Source: a virus (Duplodnaviria; Caudoviricetes). Taken from it: a stretch of DNA of 64,000 bases. The stretch is from IMG/VR virus record IMGVR_UViG_2832410175_000003, positions 111,416 to 175,415 of that record; one strand, 5' to 3'. A program made the translations under genes and the position numbers. Shown one piece after another: positions 27,131 through 39,178 of this stretch. The notes under the pieces are model-generated. The model had not been told where the DNA came from, searched no databases, and was given only the letters and a program-made list of their open reading frames with translations. Position 1 is the first letter of the stretch. Each line of letters begins with the position of its first letter.

Positions 27131-27845
27131 AGCGGCGGACCAGCTGGTACGCATGATGCTCTCCGGCAGCGAGGTCGCTGTCCGGCTGAGCGGCTCCGCC
27201 ATTAAAAATATGCTGGCGCTCACTATGGCGTTGGCGAAAAACCACAAGACCATTTCCGGCAAAGTCAATCTGGCAAAGATGCTGAAGGAGACCCGCGATG
27301 TGCGGCGGTTCGCCATGTCTCCGGAGCAGTATCAGCAATTCAGGCAGCGGGCAGGAAAACAGAAGATCCTGTTCTCTGCCATCCGTGATTCGGATAACAA
27401 GGGAAAAGTCGTGGATGTGATCATGCCGGTAACGGAGATTGACCGCGCCAATATGATCTTTGAGCGCATCCGATATACCGGGCAGCCGGAGCAGGCGCGG
27501 CAGGATGCCCCCTCTAAGGAGCAGGAAGCCCGTGTGGGACAGGAGGCGCCGCAGCGCGAACAGCAACGCCCCCGGCAGGGGGAAACGCCTGTGACACCGC
27601 CTGTGGGCAAGCGGCAGGAGGTGGCGCCCAAAAAAGAATCTCGGTCGGGAACAGACTTGCCAGATACCAAAGGCAGATCGACCTCATCCAGCGGCAGGGA
27701 AACGGCTGCCGAGACGATGACGAGTGAGCGGCCTTCGGTTCTGGAACGGCTGAAAGGCTATCAGGCGCAGCTGGATACCCGGCAGAAGTCTGCCCCGGCC
27801 AAAGAAAAGGTCCATCAAAAAGTACGACCGGGCAGAACAAAGTAA
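27111..27845 (+). CDS. PcfB/DUF3801-like protein
   Basis: MNIGGGEAADQLVRM start; position between relaxase and virD4. Confidence 0.7.
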   Translation: MNIGGGEAADQLVRMMLSGSEVAVRLSGSAIKNMLALTMALAKNHKTISGKVNLAKMLKETRDVRRFAMSPEQYQQFRQRAGKQKILFSAIRDSDNKGKVVDVIMPVTEIDRANMIFERIRYTGQPEQARQDAPSKEQEARVGQEAPQREQQRPRQGETPVTPPVGKRQEVAPKKESRSGTDLPDTKGRSTSSSGRETAAETMTSERPSVLERLKGYQAQLDTRQKSAPAKEKVHQKVRPGRTK

Positions 27846-27905
27846 GAAAGCCGTTTCGTCAGCGAGGCCGGCAGAGCATTCTACTCTGCCGGCCTCGTAT
27901 TTTTT

Positions 27906-29896
<1,991 letters not shown>

Positions 29897-29946
29897 GAAG
29901 GTGGAAAAACTGAGGCCATTCACTTTTATAGTGGATGGCCTTTTTG

Positions 29947-30795
29947 CTACCTGCGCTTTTTCTTTTTTGGCATATAATACGGCTGTGACTTGGCTTTTCC
30001 CCGCATATTGTTTGGGTTTTTAAGCAGTTTGGACAGGCTCAGTATCCGCAGAAAAGCCGAAAAGTCCTCGGATGAAATTTTTTCAAAAGGAATCTGCATT
30101 TTATCACAGAACTCATGGATCATAGCTTCTGTGTCGGTTCCCATCTGTATGGCCTGTTCAAAATTCTCTTTGACCTCATCCAGTGTTGGCTGTGGGTCGG
30201 CTGTGGTCTTGTCTTTCAAATGGGCTTCCCGTATATCCCGGACAATGCTGTCCAGATCATCATGAAGGATATGGCTGTAAAAATCGTTCTCCTGTACCTG
30301 ACCCAATTCCAGCGTCCGCATATACAGATCATTTTCTCCAGGTGCGTGTTCTTTAAGAATGGTCTGCCGGGTAGCTTCCAGAATCAGATTCATCTGGTTC
30401 ACCCGCATATCAGCGATCTGGTCAATAAAGATTTCCATATCAACCATCAGCCGCAAAAAATTTGGATGAGTCGCCAGTTCACAAAGCAGGCGGTTGTTGA
30501 TCTTTCCGCTGCTCAAAAGTTCCACCATAGCGTCACTCAGATGCAGAGCTTGAAGCTCCGTGTTTGGGTGATTTTTATTTTCTGACACGCCCATCAGATA
30601 ATCAGTGGACACTCCGTAAAACTTTGCCAGTGTCGCAATCGCAAATGGGCTGATGTCTTTGTAGTCATCGCTCTCATATTTCCCCAGTGCCGACTTAGAC
30701 AGGCCGGTCTGTTCTGCCAGCTGTTCCAGCGTCAGGTGCTTATCCACCACTCGCAGGTCTTTGAGCCGTTCCGGGATTGACAGTTTTGTGTACAT
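29947..30795 (-). CDS. XRE-family HTH regulator
   Basis: LTLEQLAEQTGLSKSALGKYE...YGVSTDYL; paralog of 45827-46633. Confidence 0.88.
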   Translation of the reverse strand: MYTKLSIPERLKDLRVVDKHLTLEQLAEQTGLSKSALGKYESDDYKDISPFAIATLAKFYGVSTDYLMGVSENKNHPNTELQALHLSDAMVELLSSGKINNRLLCELATHPNFLRLMVDMEIFIDQIADMRVNQMNLILEATRQTILKEHAPGENDLYMRTLELGQVQENDFYSHILHDDLDSIVRDIREAHLKDKTTADPQPTLDEVKENFEQAIQMGTDTEAMIHEFCDKMQIPFEKISSEDFSAFLRILSLSKLLKNPNNMRGKAKSQPYYMPKKKKRR

Positions 30796-31136
30796 CAAAG
30801 CACCTCCTTGCCATCGGTTTTTGTTTTTCATTATAGCACATTTCCGAGAGCGTGGAAATATGCGGTTTTCATGTGTTTTTCCTGCGTCTTGGACATACGG
30901 GAGCAGCCCTCTTTTTTCGGTAAACTGGTTCTTGTCAGGAGACATAGAACCTTGAAAAATGAATGACCGACTGCAAGGGGGACGACCTCCGGGGAAGTGA
31001 CGCCACGATAAGAGCGCACCAAAGAGGACAATACGCTGGGAGAGAATCCGGGCAGGAATATTTTGCAGACAGACCGGCAGACAGAAAAATAAACGATGCG
31101 GAACATACCGCATCAAATGAATGGAGGTAGATCATT

Positions 31137-31430
31137 ATGAAACTGAATATGAAGGAAAAGAAAATTCTTTACGCTTACGCCTGCCCCAGCCATCACAACA
31201 CAGTGACAAGGCTGAAATGGCTGACAGCATTGACTGTTGACCCGGAGGCGAAAAGCCAGATGCTTCATCTTGCTCGTAAAATTGAGACAGAGACAGAGGA
31301 AAGGTGGTACGAAGCCTTTTACCATCATCTGCGTATGGAGATGGACGAATACCGCCGGATTAGACGCAGTCTGCGTGCGCTGAAAGCAAACACCGATTAT
31401 GAGGAGGAACTGTATGAGGAAGCTGTCTAA
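31137..31430 (+). CDS. Hypothetical protein
   Basis: ORF with SD GGAGGT. Confidence 0.7.
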   Translation: MKLNMKEKKILYAYACPSHHNTVTRLKWLTALTVDPEAKSQMLHLARKIETETEERWYEAFYHHLRMEMDEYRRIRRSLRALKANTDYEEELYEEAV

Positions 31431-31719
31431 ATATGAAAAAGAAACCATCATCAACTGGAATGAGGGCGAGACGATTGCCAGTATCTACACCTTCAATGCC
31501 AGCTTGAAACGCAGACTGGAGGATTTCAGCCGGAAGTACCCTCTGCTGTGCCGCTTGGAACGCAGTACGCCGGAAGGTAGCGTGACCTATGTGATGGACA
31601 AGTCACGACTTTCGATCCGGCTGGTGCCGCCGTACAGCGAAGAACGGCTGGCAGCTGCAAGGGAGTGCGCAAAAGAGCATGGCTTTCAGGTCATACAGAC
31701 AGAAGAAAAAATCGCTTAA
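31414..31719 (+). CDS. Hypothetical protein
   Basis: LSKYEKETIINWNE pattern; SD GAGGAGG. Confidence 0.7.
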   Translation: MRKLSKYEKETIINWNEGETIASIYTFNASLKRRLEDFSRKYPLLCRLERSTPEGSVTYVMDKSRLSIRLVPPYSEERLAAARECAKEHGFQVIQTEEKIA

Positions 31720-32144
31720 AATGAGGGCGATTTACGAAAAAATATCGGGTCTGCACCCGCTGTTTTGATCGGCAATTTCCGCAGGCGTATTCTGTATCCA
31801 CTTCTCGCCTATGGGCGTAAATGTACGGATACGGAGCCGGTGAAACTGGCAAAAACCGCTTCTGCGGTGAAGGCCAGCTTCGCCGGTGCGGGAGTACAGA
31901 GGGCAGCCAGCCCTTTGTGCCGGGGTGCAGGGGCGGCAGCGCACTGCTGGGGTCAAGGGGCAATGCCCATTGGCGGGTTGAGGGCAGCCAGCCTCATCGG
32001 GTCAAGGGTGAAACGCCTTGCCCAGGGAAAGTTGATGCCTGCGTCAACTTGTACTGGGTATTACCTGACGCAAAACTTCGCAGGTCTGGCGGCTTTGCCG
32101 CCCTCCCCAGCCCAGAACATCTTTGCAGGAAGGAGGAAAAATAT

Positions 32145-33389
32145 TTGAAATTAACAAGACACAATGGACGATCTGGGAAGCATGGCACTTACAATCCCCG
32201 GCACAATGACCGTCGGTTCGATGTAGAAAATAGCGAACACATTGACGCTGAGCGTGCCAGACAAAATGTGTACTGGGACTGTTACCGGGGCTTTACCACC
32301 CACGACTTTCGGGAAAACTCAGAGCAGCCGGATTTCAGCTTTGAGGAAATTGAACAGATGTATTACTACGAGCATTATGCCGACCATGTCAATGCTCAGA
32401 ACGCCCGGAACGAGAAAACCCGGCACATTGAGCGCAATCGCACTGTGGATGATCTTTTGAAAAATAACAAGACCTGTCCAGAAGAAAGCATCTACCAGAT
32501 CGGCACTATGGAAGAATCCGTTCCGCCAGAGACTTTAGCGCTCATTGTCAGTGAATTTTATGAGGAATTTGAAAACCGTTTCGGTTCTCATATCCACATT
32601 TTAGACTGGGCGCTCCATCTGGATGAAGGAACTCCGCACATCCATGAGCGCCATGTATTTGACTGTGAAAATCGGTATGGAGAGCTGTGCCCCCAGCAGG
32701 AAAAGGCGTTGGAGGAACTGGGTATCCCTCTCCCTAAACCGGAACAGCCAAAAGGAAAGCACAATAACCGGAAACAGACTTTTGATGCAGTCTGTCGGAT
32801 AATCTTATTTGACGTTGCCAAACGGCATGGGCTGCATCTGGAACAGGAGCCGTCTTATGGTGGGCGTGACTATTTGGAAAAGCAGGATTATATCCTGATG
32901 AAGCAGAAGGAGCAGCTGGCGACACAGGAGCAAAAGCTGGAGGAACTGACGCTAAAAATTGAGGATGTAGAAACCTTGCTGGAAGATGTTTCCGGTGCAG
33001 CCTATGACAAGGCGGTGGAGGTTGTGACCGACAAGGTTCGGGAACAAACCCAGCTTGAAGATATGGAAGTAATTGAGAAATATCGAAAGAGCGTGGTATC
33101 GCCCAATGCCAAAAATTCGCCAGAAGTTGTGAAGATAGCGAACACTCTGCTGAGTAGGGTGCGAGAAAAATTACAGCAGTCTGCTGAAAAAGTTCTCAAA
33201 AAGGTACAGGCGGTGCTGTTAAAACCGGAGGTCAAACAGGCTGGCAAAGAGCAGATCAAAAATAAAGCCAGAAAATCCATTAAGGAGAAGCTGGCACAAG
33301 GCAAACTGGACGCTGATCGGGAGAACCGGGTGCGCTGGGAGCGTGAAGGACGGATTGCTCCAACAAGAAAACAGGATATGGAATTGTGA
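32145..33389 (+). CDS. MOBV-like (Pre/Mob) relaxase
   Basis: RHNDR and HLDEGTPHIH motifs; TTG start after AAGGAGG. Confidence 0.8.
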   Translation: MKLTRHNGRSGKHGTYNPRHNDRRFDVENSEHIDAERARQNVYWDCYRGFTTHDFRENSEQPDFSFEEIEQMYYYEHYADHVNAQNARNEKTRHIERNRTVDDLLKNNKTCPEESIYQIGTMEESVPPETLALIVSEFYEEFENRFGSHIHILDWALHLDEGTPHIHERHVFDCENRYGELCPQQEKALEELGIPLPKPEQPKGKHNNRKQTFDAVCRIILFDVAKRHGLHLEQEPSYGGRDYLEKQDYILMKQKEQLATQEQKLEELTLKIEDVETLLEDVSGAAYDKAVEVVTDKVREQTQLEDMEVIEKYRKSVVSPNAKNSPEVVKIANTLLSRVREKLQQSAEKVLKKVQAVLLKPEVKQAGKEQIKNKARKSIKEKLAQGKLDADRENRVRWEREGRIAPTRKQDMEL

Positions 33390-33446
33390 GGCATCTGATT
33401 TTCTATGGAAACCGGATGCCTTTTGCATTGTTTGGAGGTGGAAGAA

Positions 33447-34091
33447 ACGAATGTATTTGAAGCAGTAAAACAGTCTGTTACCACAAGGCAGGCTGCTTTG
33501 GTTTATGGAATTTCAGTAGGACGCAACGGGATGGCTTGTTGCCCGTTTCACGATGACAGGCATCCCAGCATGAAGGTGGACAGACGGTTCCATTGTTTTG
33601 CCTGTCAGGCAGATGGAGATGTGATTGATTTCACTTCCCGTCTTTTTGGACTAAGCAGTAAAGAAGCTGCCTTAAAGCTGGCAGAGGACTTCTCAATCAG
33701 CTTTGACCGCAAAGGCCACGATCCGCCACAAAAGAGAGTAATCAAAAGAAAAATCAGCGAGGAAATGCGATACCGGCAGGCAGAGCAGAAATGCTTTCGG
33801 GTGCTGTGCGACTACCTGCGTTTGCTGGAACGATGGAAAGAAGAATATGCGCCCAAACAACCGGAGGATGACTGGAATCCTTTGTTTGTGGAGGCTCTGC
33901 ACAGGCAGCCATATATCGAATATCTGTTGGATCTTCTTCTGTCTGACAGCATAGAAGAACGAGCTTTTGTAGTTGCGGAGTATGGAAAAGAGGTGAGGAA
34001 AATTGAACAGCGAATATCAGAGTTTATCGCCAGCCACCCAGCAGGCTGTGATGAGCGCAGCCGAAGCCATAGCGCCGGAACAGAGCGTTGA
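33447..34091 (+). CDS. CHC2 zinc-finger primase-associated protein
   Basis: CCPFHDD..PSM...FHCFAC...GDVIDF; start uncertain (ACG by alignment with the paralog). Confidence 0.85.
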   Translation, partial: TNVFEAVKQSVTTRQAALVYGISVGRNGMACCPFHDDRHPSMKVDRRFHCFACQADGDVIDFTSRLFGLSSKEAALKLAEDFSISFDRKGHDPPQKRVIKRKISEEMRYRQAEQKCFRVLCDYLRLLERWKEEYAPKQPEDDWNPLFVEALHRQPYIEYLLDLLLSDSIEERAFVVAEYGKEVRKIEQRISEFIASHPAGCDERSRSHSAGTER

Positions 34092-35409
34092 TAAGGTGCG
34101 GCAGAGCCTTTCTGTTACCGACAAGGGAAAAACAGCCAACACCATCGACAACTGCCGGATTGTGTTCTGCTGCGATCCACTCCTGCGGGATGCCATCCGG
34201 CTTAATCTCCTGACAGACCGGGTAGACATTGTACAGGACTTGGGCTGGCGCAGGAATACCAGCGCTCTGACGGATACTGATGTGAAATATCTTCTCCTCT
34301 ATTTTGAGAGAAACTATGAGCTGACCAGTGAGAAAAAGATCACGGCTGCCCTTTCTATCGTAGCAAACGAAAATTGTTACCATCCAATTCAGGATGTGCT
34401 GAACAGTCTTGTCTGGGACGGTACACCACGCATCCGATCCTGTCTGCACCATTTTCTTGGTGCTGATGAAAGTGACTATGTGGAAGAAATGCTGAAACAT
34501 TTCCTGCTGGGTGCTATACGCCGGGTATTCCGTCCCGGTTCCAAATATGAAGAAATGCTTTGTTTGGTGGGCGGTCAGGGTGCCGGGAAGTCCACATTCT
34601 TCCGACTGCTGGCGATCCGGGACGAATGGTTCTCTGATGACCTGAAGAAGTTGGATGACGACCGGGTATTCCAAAAGCTACAAGGTCACTGGATCATTGA
34701 GATGTCAGAGATGCTTGCCACCAGCAGCGCAAAGAGCATTGAAGAAATCCGTTCCTTTATTAGCCGACAGAAGGAAACCTACCGGACACCTTATGAATCT
34801 CAGCCTAAAGACCGGCTTCGGCAGTGCGTGTTCGGTGGTTCCTCGAATACCCTGGACTTTCTGCCGCTGGATCGAGCCGGGAACCGGCGCTTTCTCCCAA
34901 TCATGATTTACCCGGAGAAGGCAGAGGTTCACATTTTGGAGGACGAGGACGCTTCCAGAGCGTATCTGTTGCAGGTATGGGCAGAAGCTATGAGCATTTA
35001 CCACAGCGGCAAGTATTCCATGAAATTCAGCAAGTCCATCCAGCGTCAACTGGTGGAGGTGCAGAAAGACTTCATGCCGGAGGACACCGAAGCTGGACAG
35101 ATACAGGGATTTCTGGAACACTACACCGGAAACATGGTCTGCTCAAAACAGCTGTTCAAGGAGGCGCTGGGACATACCTTTGATGAGCCGAAGCGGTGGC
35201 AGCTCCACAATATCAATGAGATCATGAACACGGTCGTGACCGGTTGGAAGCCTTTTTCCAATCCCCGGATGTTTGCCGGATATGGCAGACAAAAGGGCTG
35301 GGAACGGGACACTTCCGGCAACGAACTACCCAGCAACGAAGGTGGATTTGTAGAACTGAGTGAAGAAGAATGCCGTCAGCTGGAACTTCCGCAGGAGTGG
35401 ATCGCCTGA
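34003..35409 (+). CDS. VirE/VapE-family P-loop helicase
   Basis: YHPI, GGQGAGKST, RQCVF and GNRRF. Confidence 0.88.
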   Translation: MNSEYQSLSPATQQAVMSAAEAIAPEQSVDKVRQSLSVTDKGKTANTIDNCRIVFCCDPLLRDAIRLNLLTDRVDIVQDLGWRRNTSALTDTDVKYLLLYFERNYELTSEKKITAALSIVANENCYHPIQDVLNSLVWDGTPRIRSCLHHFLGADESDYVEEMLKHFLLGAIRRVFRPGSKYEEMLCLVGGQGAGKSTFFRLLAIRDEWFSDDLKKLDDDRVFQKLQGHWIIEMSEMLATSSAKSIEEIRSFISRQKETYRTPYESQPKDRLRQCVFGGSSNTLDFLPLDRAGNRRFLPIMIYPEKAEVHILEDEDASRAYLLQVWAEAMSIYHSGKYSMKFSKSIQRQLVEVQKDFMPEDTEAGQIQGFLEHYTGNMVCSKQLFKEALGHTFDEPKRWQLHNINEIMNTVVTGWKPFSNPRMFAGYGRQKGWERDTSGNELPSNEGGFVELSEEECRQLELPQEWIA

Positions 35410-35675
35410 CAAGGACGGTCTGTTGCCGGGATAGTTGCCAGTTGGTTGCCGGGTTCGTTGCTGATAAATTTATGGTTTTGATATGGAAAAAGCCCGTAAA
35501 TAAAGGATTTTTATTATCTATCTATGTTTCCGGCAACGAAAGCAACGAGATTTTACAAGAAAATTTGAAAAGTAAGAAATCAGGGTCAGACGATAGTTTA
35601 CAGGTTTTTTGATGTCCGTTGCCGGACTTCGTTGCCACAGCTACCGTCTGATCCCCTATTCTATGGAGGTAGCCT

Positions 35676-35843
35676 ATGGAGAAAAACAAGAAGCAGAATA
35701 AAAAAGTCCAGTTTGTAGTGGTTCGTGAGTTTTCTGGGGACAAAACCATGCGGGAAGCCTTTGAGCAGCTGATCGAGCGTCAGACCTGCGAACACTTCGA
35801 GGAATGGTTAGAGCATCAGGAAATGGCACGAAAAGCGGCGTAA
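35676..35843 (+). CDS. 55-aa protein upstream of the recombinase (candidate directionality factor)
   Basis: MEKNKKQNKKVQFVVVREFSGDK...RKAA; SD GGAGG; not in the ORF track. Confidence 0.6.
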   Translation: MEKNKKQNKKVQFVVVREFSGDKTMREAFEQLIERQTCEHFEEWLEHQEMARKAA

Positions 35844-35914
35844 AGCAGTTGAATCATGGACAGGGGCATGGTATTATAATGGTATCGTGTCCCTGTTCAT
35901 AGAAGGAGAACACT

Positions 35915-37567
35915 ATGAGCAGGAAAAAACAAGTGAATCAGAAAATCACAGCCCTTTATTGCCGTATCTCTCTGGAGGATGGCGGCGATAATGAGAGCAT
36001 GAGCATCAGCAACCAGAAACTTATGCTCCGGGACTTTGCCGAAAAAAACGGAATGTTCCAGTATGAGTATTATGTGGATGACGGTTATACAGGCCGCAAT
36101 TTCAACCGCCCTTCTTTTCAGCGCATGATTGCCGATATTGAGGCGGGAAAGATCGGCTGCGTTATCACCAAAGACCTGTCCAGACTGGGCAGGAATTATA
36201 TCGAAGCTGGCAGCTATATCGAAATCTTTTTCCCAAAACACAATGTACGCTATATCGCCATTACAGACGGAGTGGACAGCCTGACCCGTCAGGAAATGGA
36301 CATTACGCCGTTTAAGAATATCCTGAACGATATGTACAGCCGGGATATTTCCAAAAAGGTGCTGGCAGGGCGTATGACCCGTTCCCGGCAGGGGAAGTTT
36401 TGTGGTGGGCAGCCGCCCCTCGGTTTGATGCGTGACCCGGAGGATAAGGGGCATTTGATCCGTGACCCTGAGACAGCACCGGTAATCCGAAAAATCTATG
36501 ATATGGCGCTGGATGGCTGGGGATGTATGCGGATTGCAAAGCAGCTCATGGATGATAAAGTCCCAATCACCAGAGTAAAAAGTAACACAGAATGTGATGT
36601 AAATTACTATTCATGGGGAAGTGCAAGAATCAGCCATATCCTGCGGAATCCCTTTTATAAGGGCGCACATCTGGTCTGCCGGACACATCAGAAAGGGATT
36701 CGCTCCAACACCTATGATATTATCCCTCGTGAGGACTGGGAAATTATCGAGGATTGCCATGAAGCAATCATCTCCCCGGAAGAATGGGAGCAGGTGCAGG
36801 AAATCATTGACCGCAGACCAACCATTATGAAGGGCAACTCCTGCCCCTTTTATAACCTGTTCCACGGTATCATTTATTGTGCGACTTGCGGAAAGTCCAT
36901 GCAGGTGCGGTATGAAAAGGTTGGCAGAACCGGAAAGAACCGTTTTACCGGCGAACAGCGGGAACCGATTGATAAGGCGTATTATATCTGCCAGACCTAT
37001 AACAGGCTGGGCAAGAACGCCTGTACCAGCCACAAGATCGAAGCCAGAGATTTATACAATCTTGTGCTGAAAGATATTCAGGAGCTGGCAAAGACTGCGC
37101 TCAAAGATGCCGATGCTTTTTATCAGCGGCTGAGCAGCCGGATGGAGCGCCGGTATCTTCTGGACGCTTCCCAGACACAGAAGGAATGTCAACGACTGGA
37201 AAGCAGGAATTGTGAAATTGATGAGATGTTTCTGAGCCTATATACCGATAAGGCAAAAGGAATCTTGACTGAGCAGCGTTTTATGAAGCTGACAGCAACA
37301 CTGGAGCAGGAGCAGGAAGCTAACCAGAAGCGCCTGCGAGACCTGCTGTTGATGATGCGCCACTCTGACGAACAGGAAAATGAAGTCCGCACCTTTATCA
37401 AAGAAATCCGGCGTTATGCAGCCATTGAAGAACTGGATGAAGCGGTGCTGAACCGGCTCATCAGCAAAATTTTGGTGGGCGAAGTCAAGAAGATTGACGG
37501 ACAGAAGGTGCAGGAAGTCAGAATCGTTTATAACTTTGTCGGAGAAATCCCGGAGATTACAGCATAA
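35915..37567 (+). CDS. Large serine recombinase (TnpX/TndX-like)
   Basis: ALYCRIS, KDLSRLGRN, CATCG zinc ribbon and coiled coil. Confidence 0.95.
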   Translation: MSRKKQVNQKITALYCRISLEDGGDNESMSISNQKLMLRDFAEKNGMFQYEYYVDDGYTGRNFNRPSFQRMIADIEAGKIGCVITKDLSRLGRNYIEAGSYIEIFFPKHNVRYIAITDGVDSLTRQEMDITPFKNILNDMYSRDISKKVLAGRMTRSRQGKFCGGQPPLGLMRDPEDKGHLIRDPETAPVIRKIYDMALDGWGCMRIAKQLMDDKVPITRVKSNTECDVNYYSWGSARISHILRNPFYKGAHLVCRTHQKGIRSNTYDIIPREDWEIIEDCHEAIISPEEWEQVQEIIDRRPTIMKGNSCPFYNLFHGIIYCATCGKSMQVRYEKVGRTGKNRFTGEQREPIDKAYYICQTYNRLGKNACTSHKIEARDLYNLVLKDIQELAKTALKDADAFYQRLSSRMERRYLLDASQTQKECQRLESRNCEIDEMFLSLYTDKAKGILTEQRFMKLTATLEQEQEANQKRLRDLLLMMRHSDEQENEVRTFIKEIRRYAAIEELDEAVLNRLISKILVGEVKKIDGQKVQEVRIVYNFVGEIPEITA

Positions 37568-37575
37568 TCATTTCG

Positions 37576-37615
37576 CCTCATCTCTCAATCAGCGAGGGAT
37601 GAGGCTTTTCTTTTT
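37576..37615 (+). terminator. Intrinsic terminator after the recombinase
   Basis: GCCTCATCTCTC/GAGGGATGAGGC stem plus T-tract. Confidence 0.7.
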
Positions 37616-37785
37616 GTAAAATTGCAATAGATATATTCATAATTTATTTACAATTAAATTCCTAGCCGTACAGCAGAAAAATGATGACGAAAGATGATGC
37701 AAATGCTATAATGTTTGCATATAGATATGACAATTTGACCATATCGGAATCTTTATTCAAACAGATGATTGGAGATATTGCTATT

Positions 37786-38520
37786 ATGAGAAATCCATGG
37801 CCAATTTTCAGCATTGCGGCTCTCTCCGGAGTTGCGTGCCTGATATATGATCACTTTTTTTCTTACGAGACTATGTGGATTGCTGTTGTAGTGTTCCTTG
37901 TGCTGCTGGCTCTATGCTTTTTCGCATATTGCAAATATGAACACTGGCTGGCAAAGAAACTTAACCCCTATGTGGTGGCATATCAAAGCGATCACAACCT
38001 TGAGAATTTGAAACATGGATTGGATCGCTGGCGTCCTTGGGCACTCAGCAAGCATTCCAAAAACATCATTACAGCGAACTGGTTCTCCGCTCTGCTGGAA
38101 CAACAGCGCTGGACAGAAGCGGAAGAAACTTTGGAGCAGTTTTTGCATCGAGCAAAAAATACGCAGGATAAACTGGGGTATCACCTACTTCGTGAAGATT
38201 ACGCAAGGGCGATCGGAGACACTGAATTAGAGAAGCAGGAACGACTTCTAAGCGAACAGCTAAAAACCCAGCTTGGAAATAAAAAGGGAGAATCAAGAAT
38301 ACCCGCAAGCGCCAAAGAGAGTAAATATGCTTTCTTTTGCTGGCTCTCTTTCAGCGTTGGTCTGGCACTGTTCGGAATCATCAGCAATATCGCCACCGGG
38401 GACTCAATCCTTGGATCGTTTGGAGCCGGAGTTTTTATTTTGGGCTTGTTCTCGTTCCCAGTCTGCTTGATCTGGCTGATTCTCTGGTTGATCCGGCGCA
38501 GAAAGGAGGCTGCTAAATGA
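37786..38520 (+). CDS. Membrane protein
   Basis: Four hydrophobic segments; start placed at ATG 37786. Confidence 0.75.
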   Translation: MRNPWPIFSIAALSGVACLIYDHFFSYETMWIAVVVFLVLLALCFFAYCKYEHWLAKKLNPYVVAYQSDHNLENLKHGLDRWRPWALSKHSKNIITANWFSALLEQQRWTEAEETLEQFLHRAKNTQDKLGYHLLREDYARAIGDTELEKQERLLSEQLKTQLGNKKGESRIPASAKESKYAFFCWLSFSVGLALFGIISNIATGDSILGSFGAGVFILGLFSFPVCLIWLILWLIRRRKEAAK

Positions 38521-39104
38521 CTTATATCCTCCCGGTACTCTATGTAATTGTGTCTTATACATTCTTCCTTTTGGCAGGCTGTTTTGACAATGCGATCAAA
38601 TTGCAGATATTATCGATCCTTCTGCCTTTTATCATGGGAATCGTCAATTTGATTGTTGTGCTGACCGTAGGAAGAAAGTGGTCAAGAAAGACATTGCTGA
38701 ACTGCACTTTGATCATCAAGTATGGACTGATCCCGTTCTACCTGGTCGGAGGGAGCATCACCGTATATGTAACGCTGATGGCATTCTTCCCATTGCCGCT
38801 GATGGCGTTGTTTGGACTGGTAACCATTGTTTTTTTGATTTTTGGATACGGGATTCTATTAGGGGCAGCTCCCTATGCTATCGCTTATCTGATAAAGTCA
38901 TGCAAAGACGGCATTCATCCGAAATGGTTGGCGGTTTTAGCTGGAATCTGCCAGTTCTTCTTTTCCTTTGATGTACTTGCAATGATGGTTCTGACATTAA
39001 AGGAGCGGCACAGGGTCAAAACGACGATTGCCGTTTTCTGTGCAATGTGTCTTGCGCTCCTGCTTATCGTACTCTATGTGGTCATGACGCTGATAGGAGC
39101 ATAA
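38517..39104 (+). CDS. Polytopic membrane protein
   Basis: Almost entirely hydrophobic 195 aa. Confidence 0.8.
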   Translation: MTYILPVLYVIVSYTFFLLAGCFDNAIKLQILSILLPFIMGIVNLIVVLTVGRKWSRKTLLNCTLIIKYGLIPFYLVGGSITVYVTLMAFFPLPLMALFGLVTIVFLIFGYGILLGAAPYAIAYLIKSCKDGIHPKWLAVLAGICQFFFSFDVLAMMVLTLKERHRVKTTIAVFCAMCLALLLIVLYVVMTLIGA

Positions 39105-39178
39105 TCGACCTTTATATAGGATATGAGTTGTTCATACATAAAACAAATTTGATAGAATCGCAGAAAGGATTTACGCTT

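Noticed and set aside
34003-34091. Programmed frameshift fusing CHC2 and VirE (89-nt overlap in both IMEs)
   Set aside because: Each virE has a plausible TTG start with SD-like sequence upstream, and no slippery site is shared between the two copies
35701-35716. AAAAAGTCCAGTTTGT, a close match to the 16-bp cassette site
   Set aside because: Inside a coding region with no partner site; kept out of the set as possibly coincidental, though it shows the motif can occur off cassette boundaries
37739-37754. Degenerate reversed cassette site CCATATCGGAATCTTT before the first cargo gene
   Set aside because: Only 11 of 16 positions match the nearest site; too weak to count
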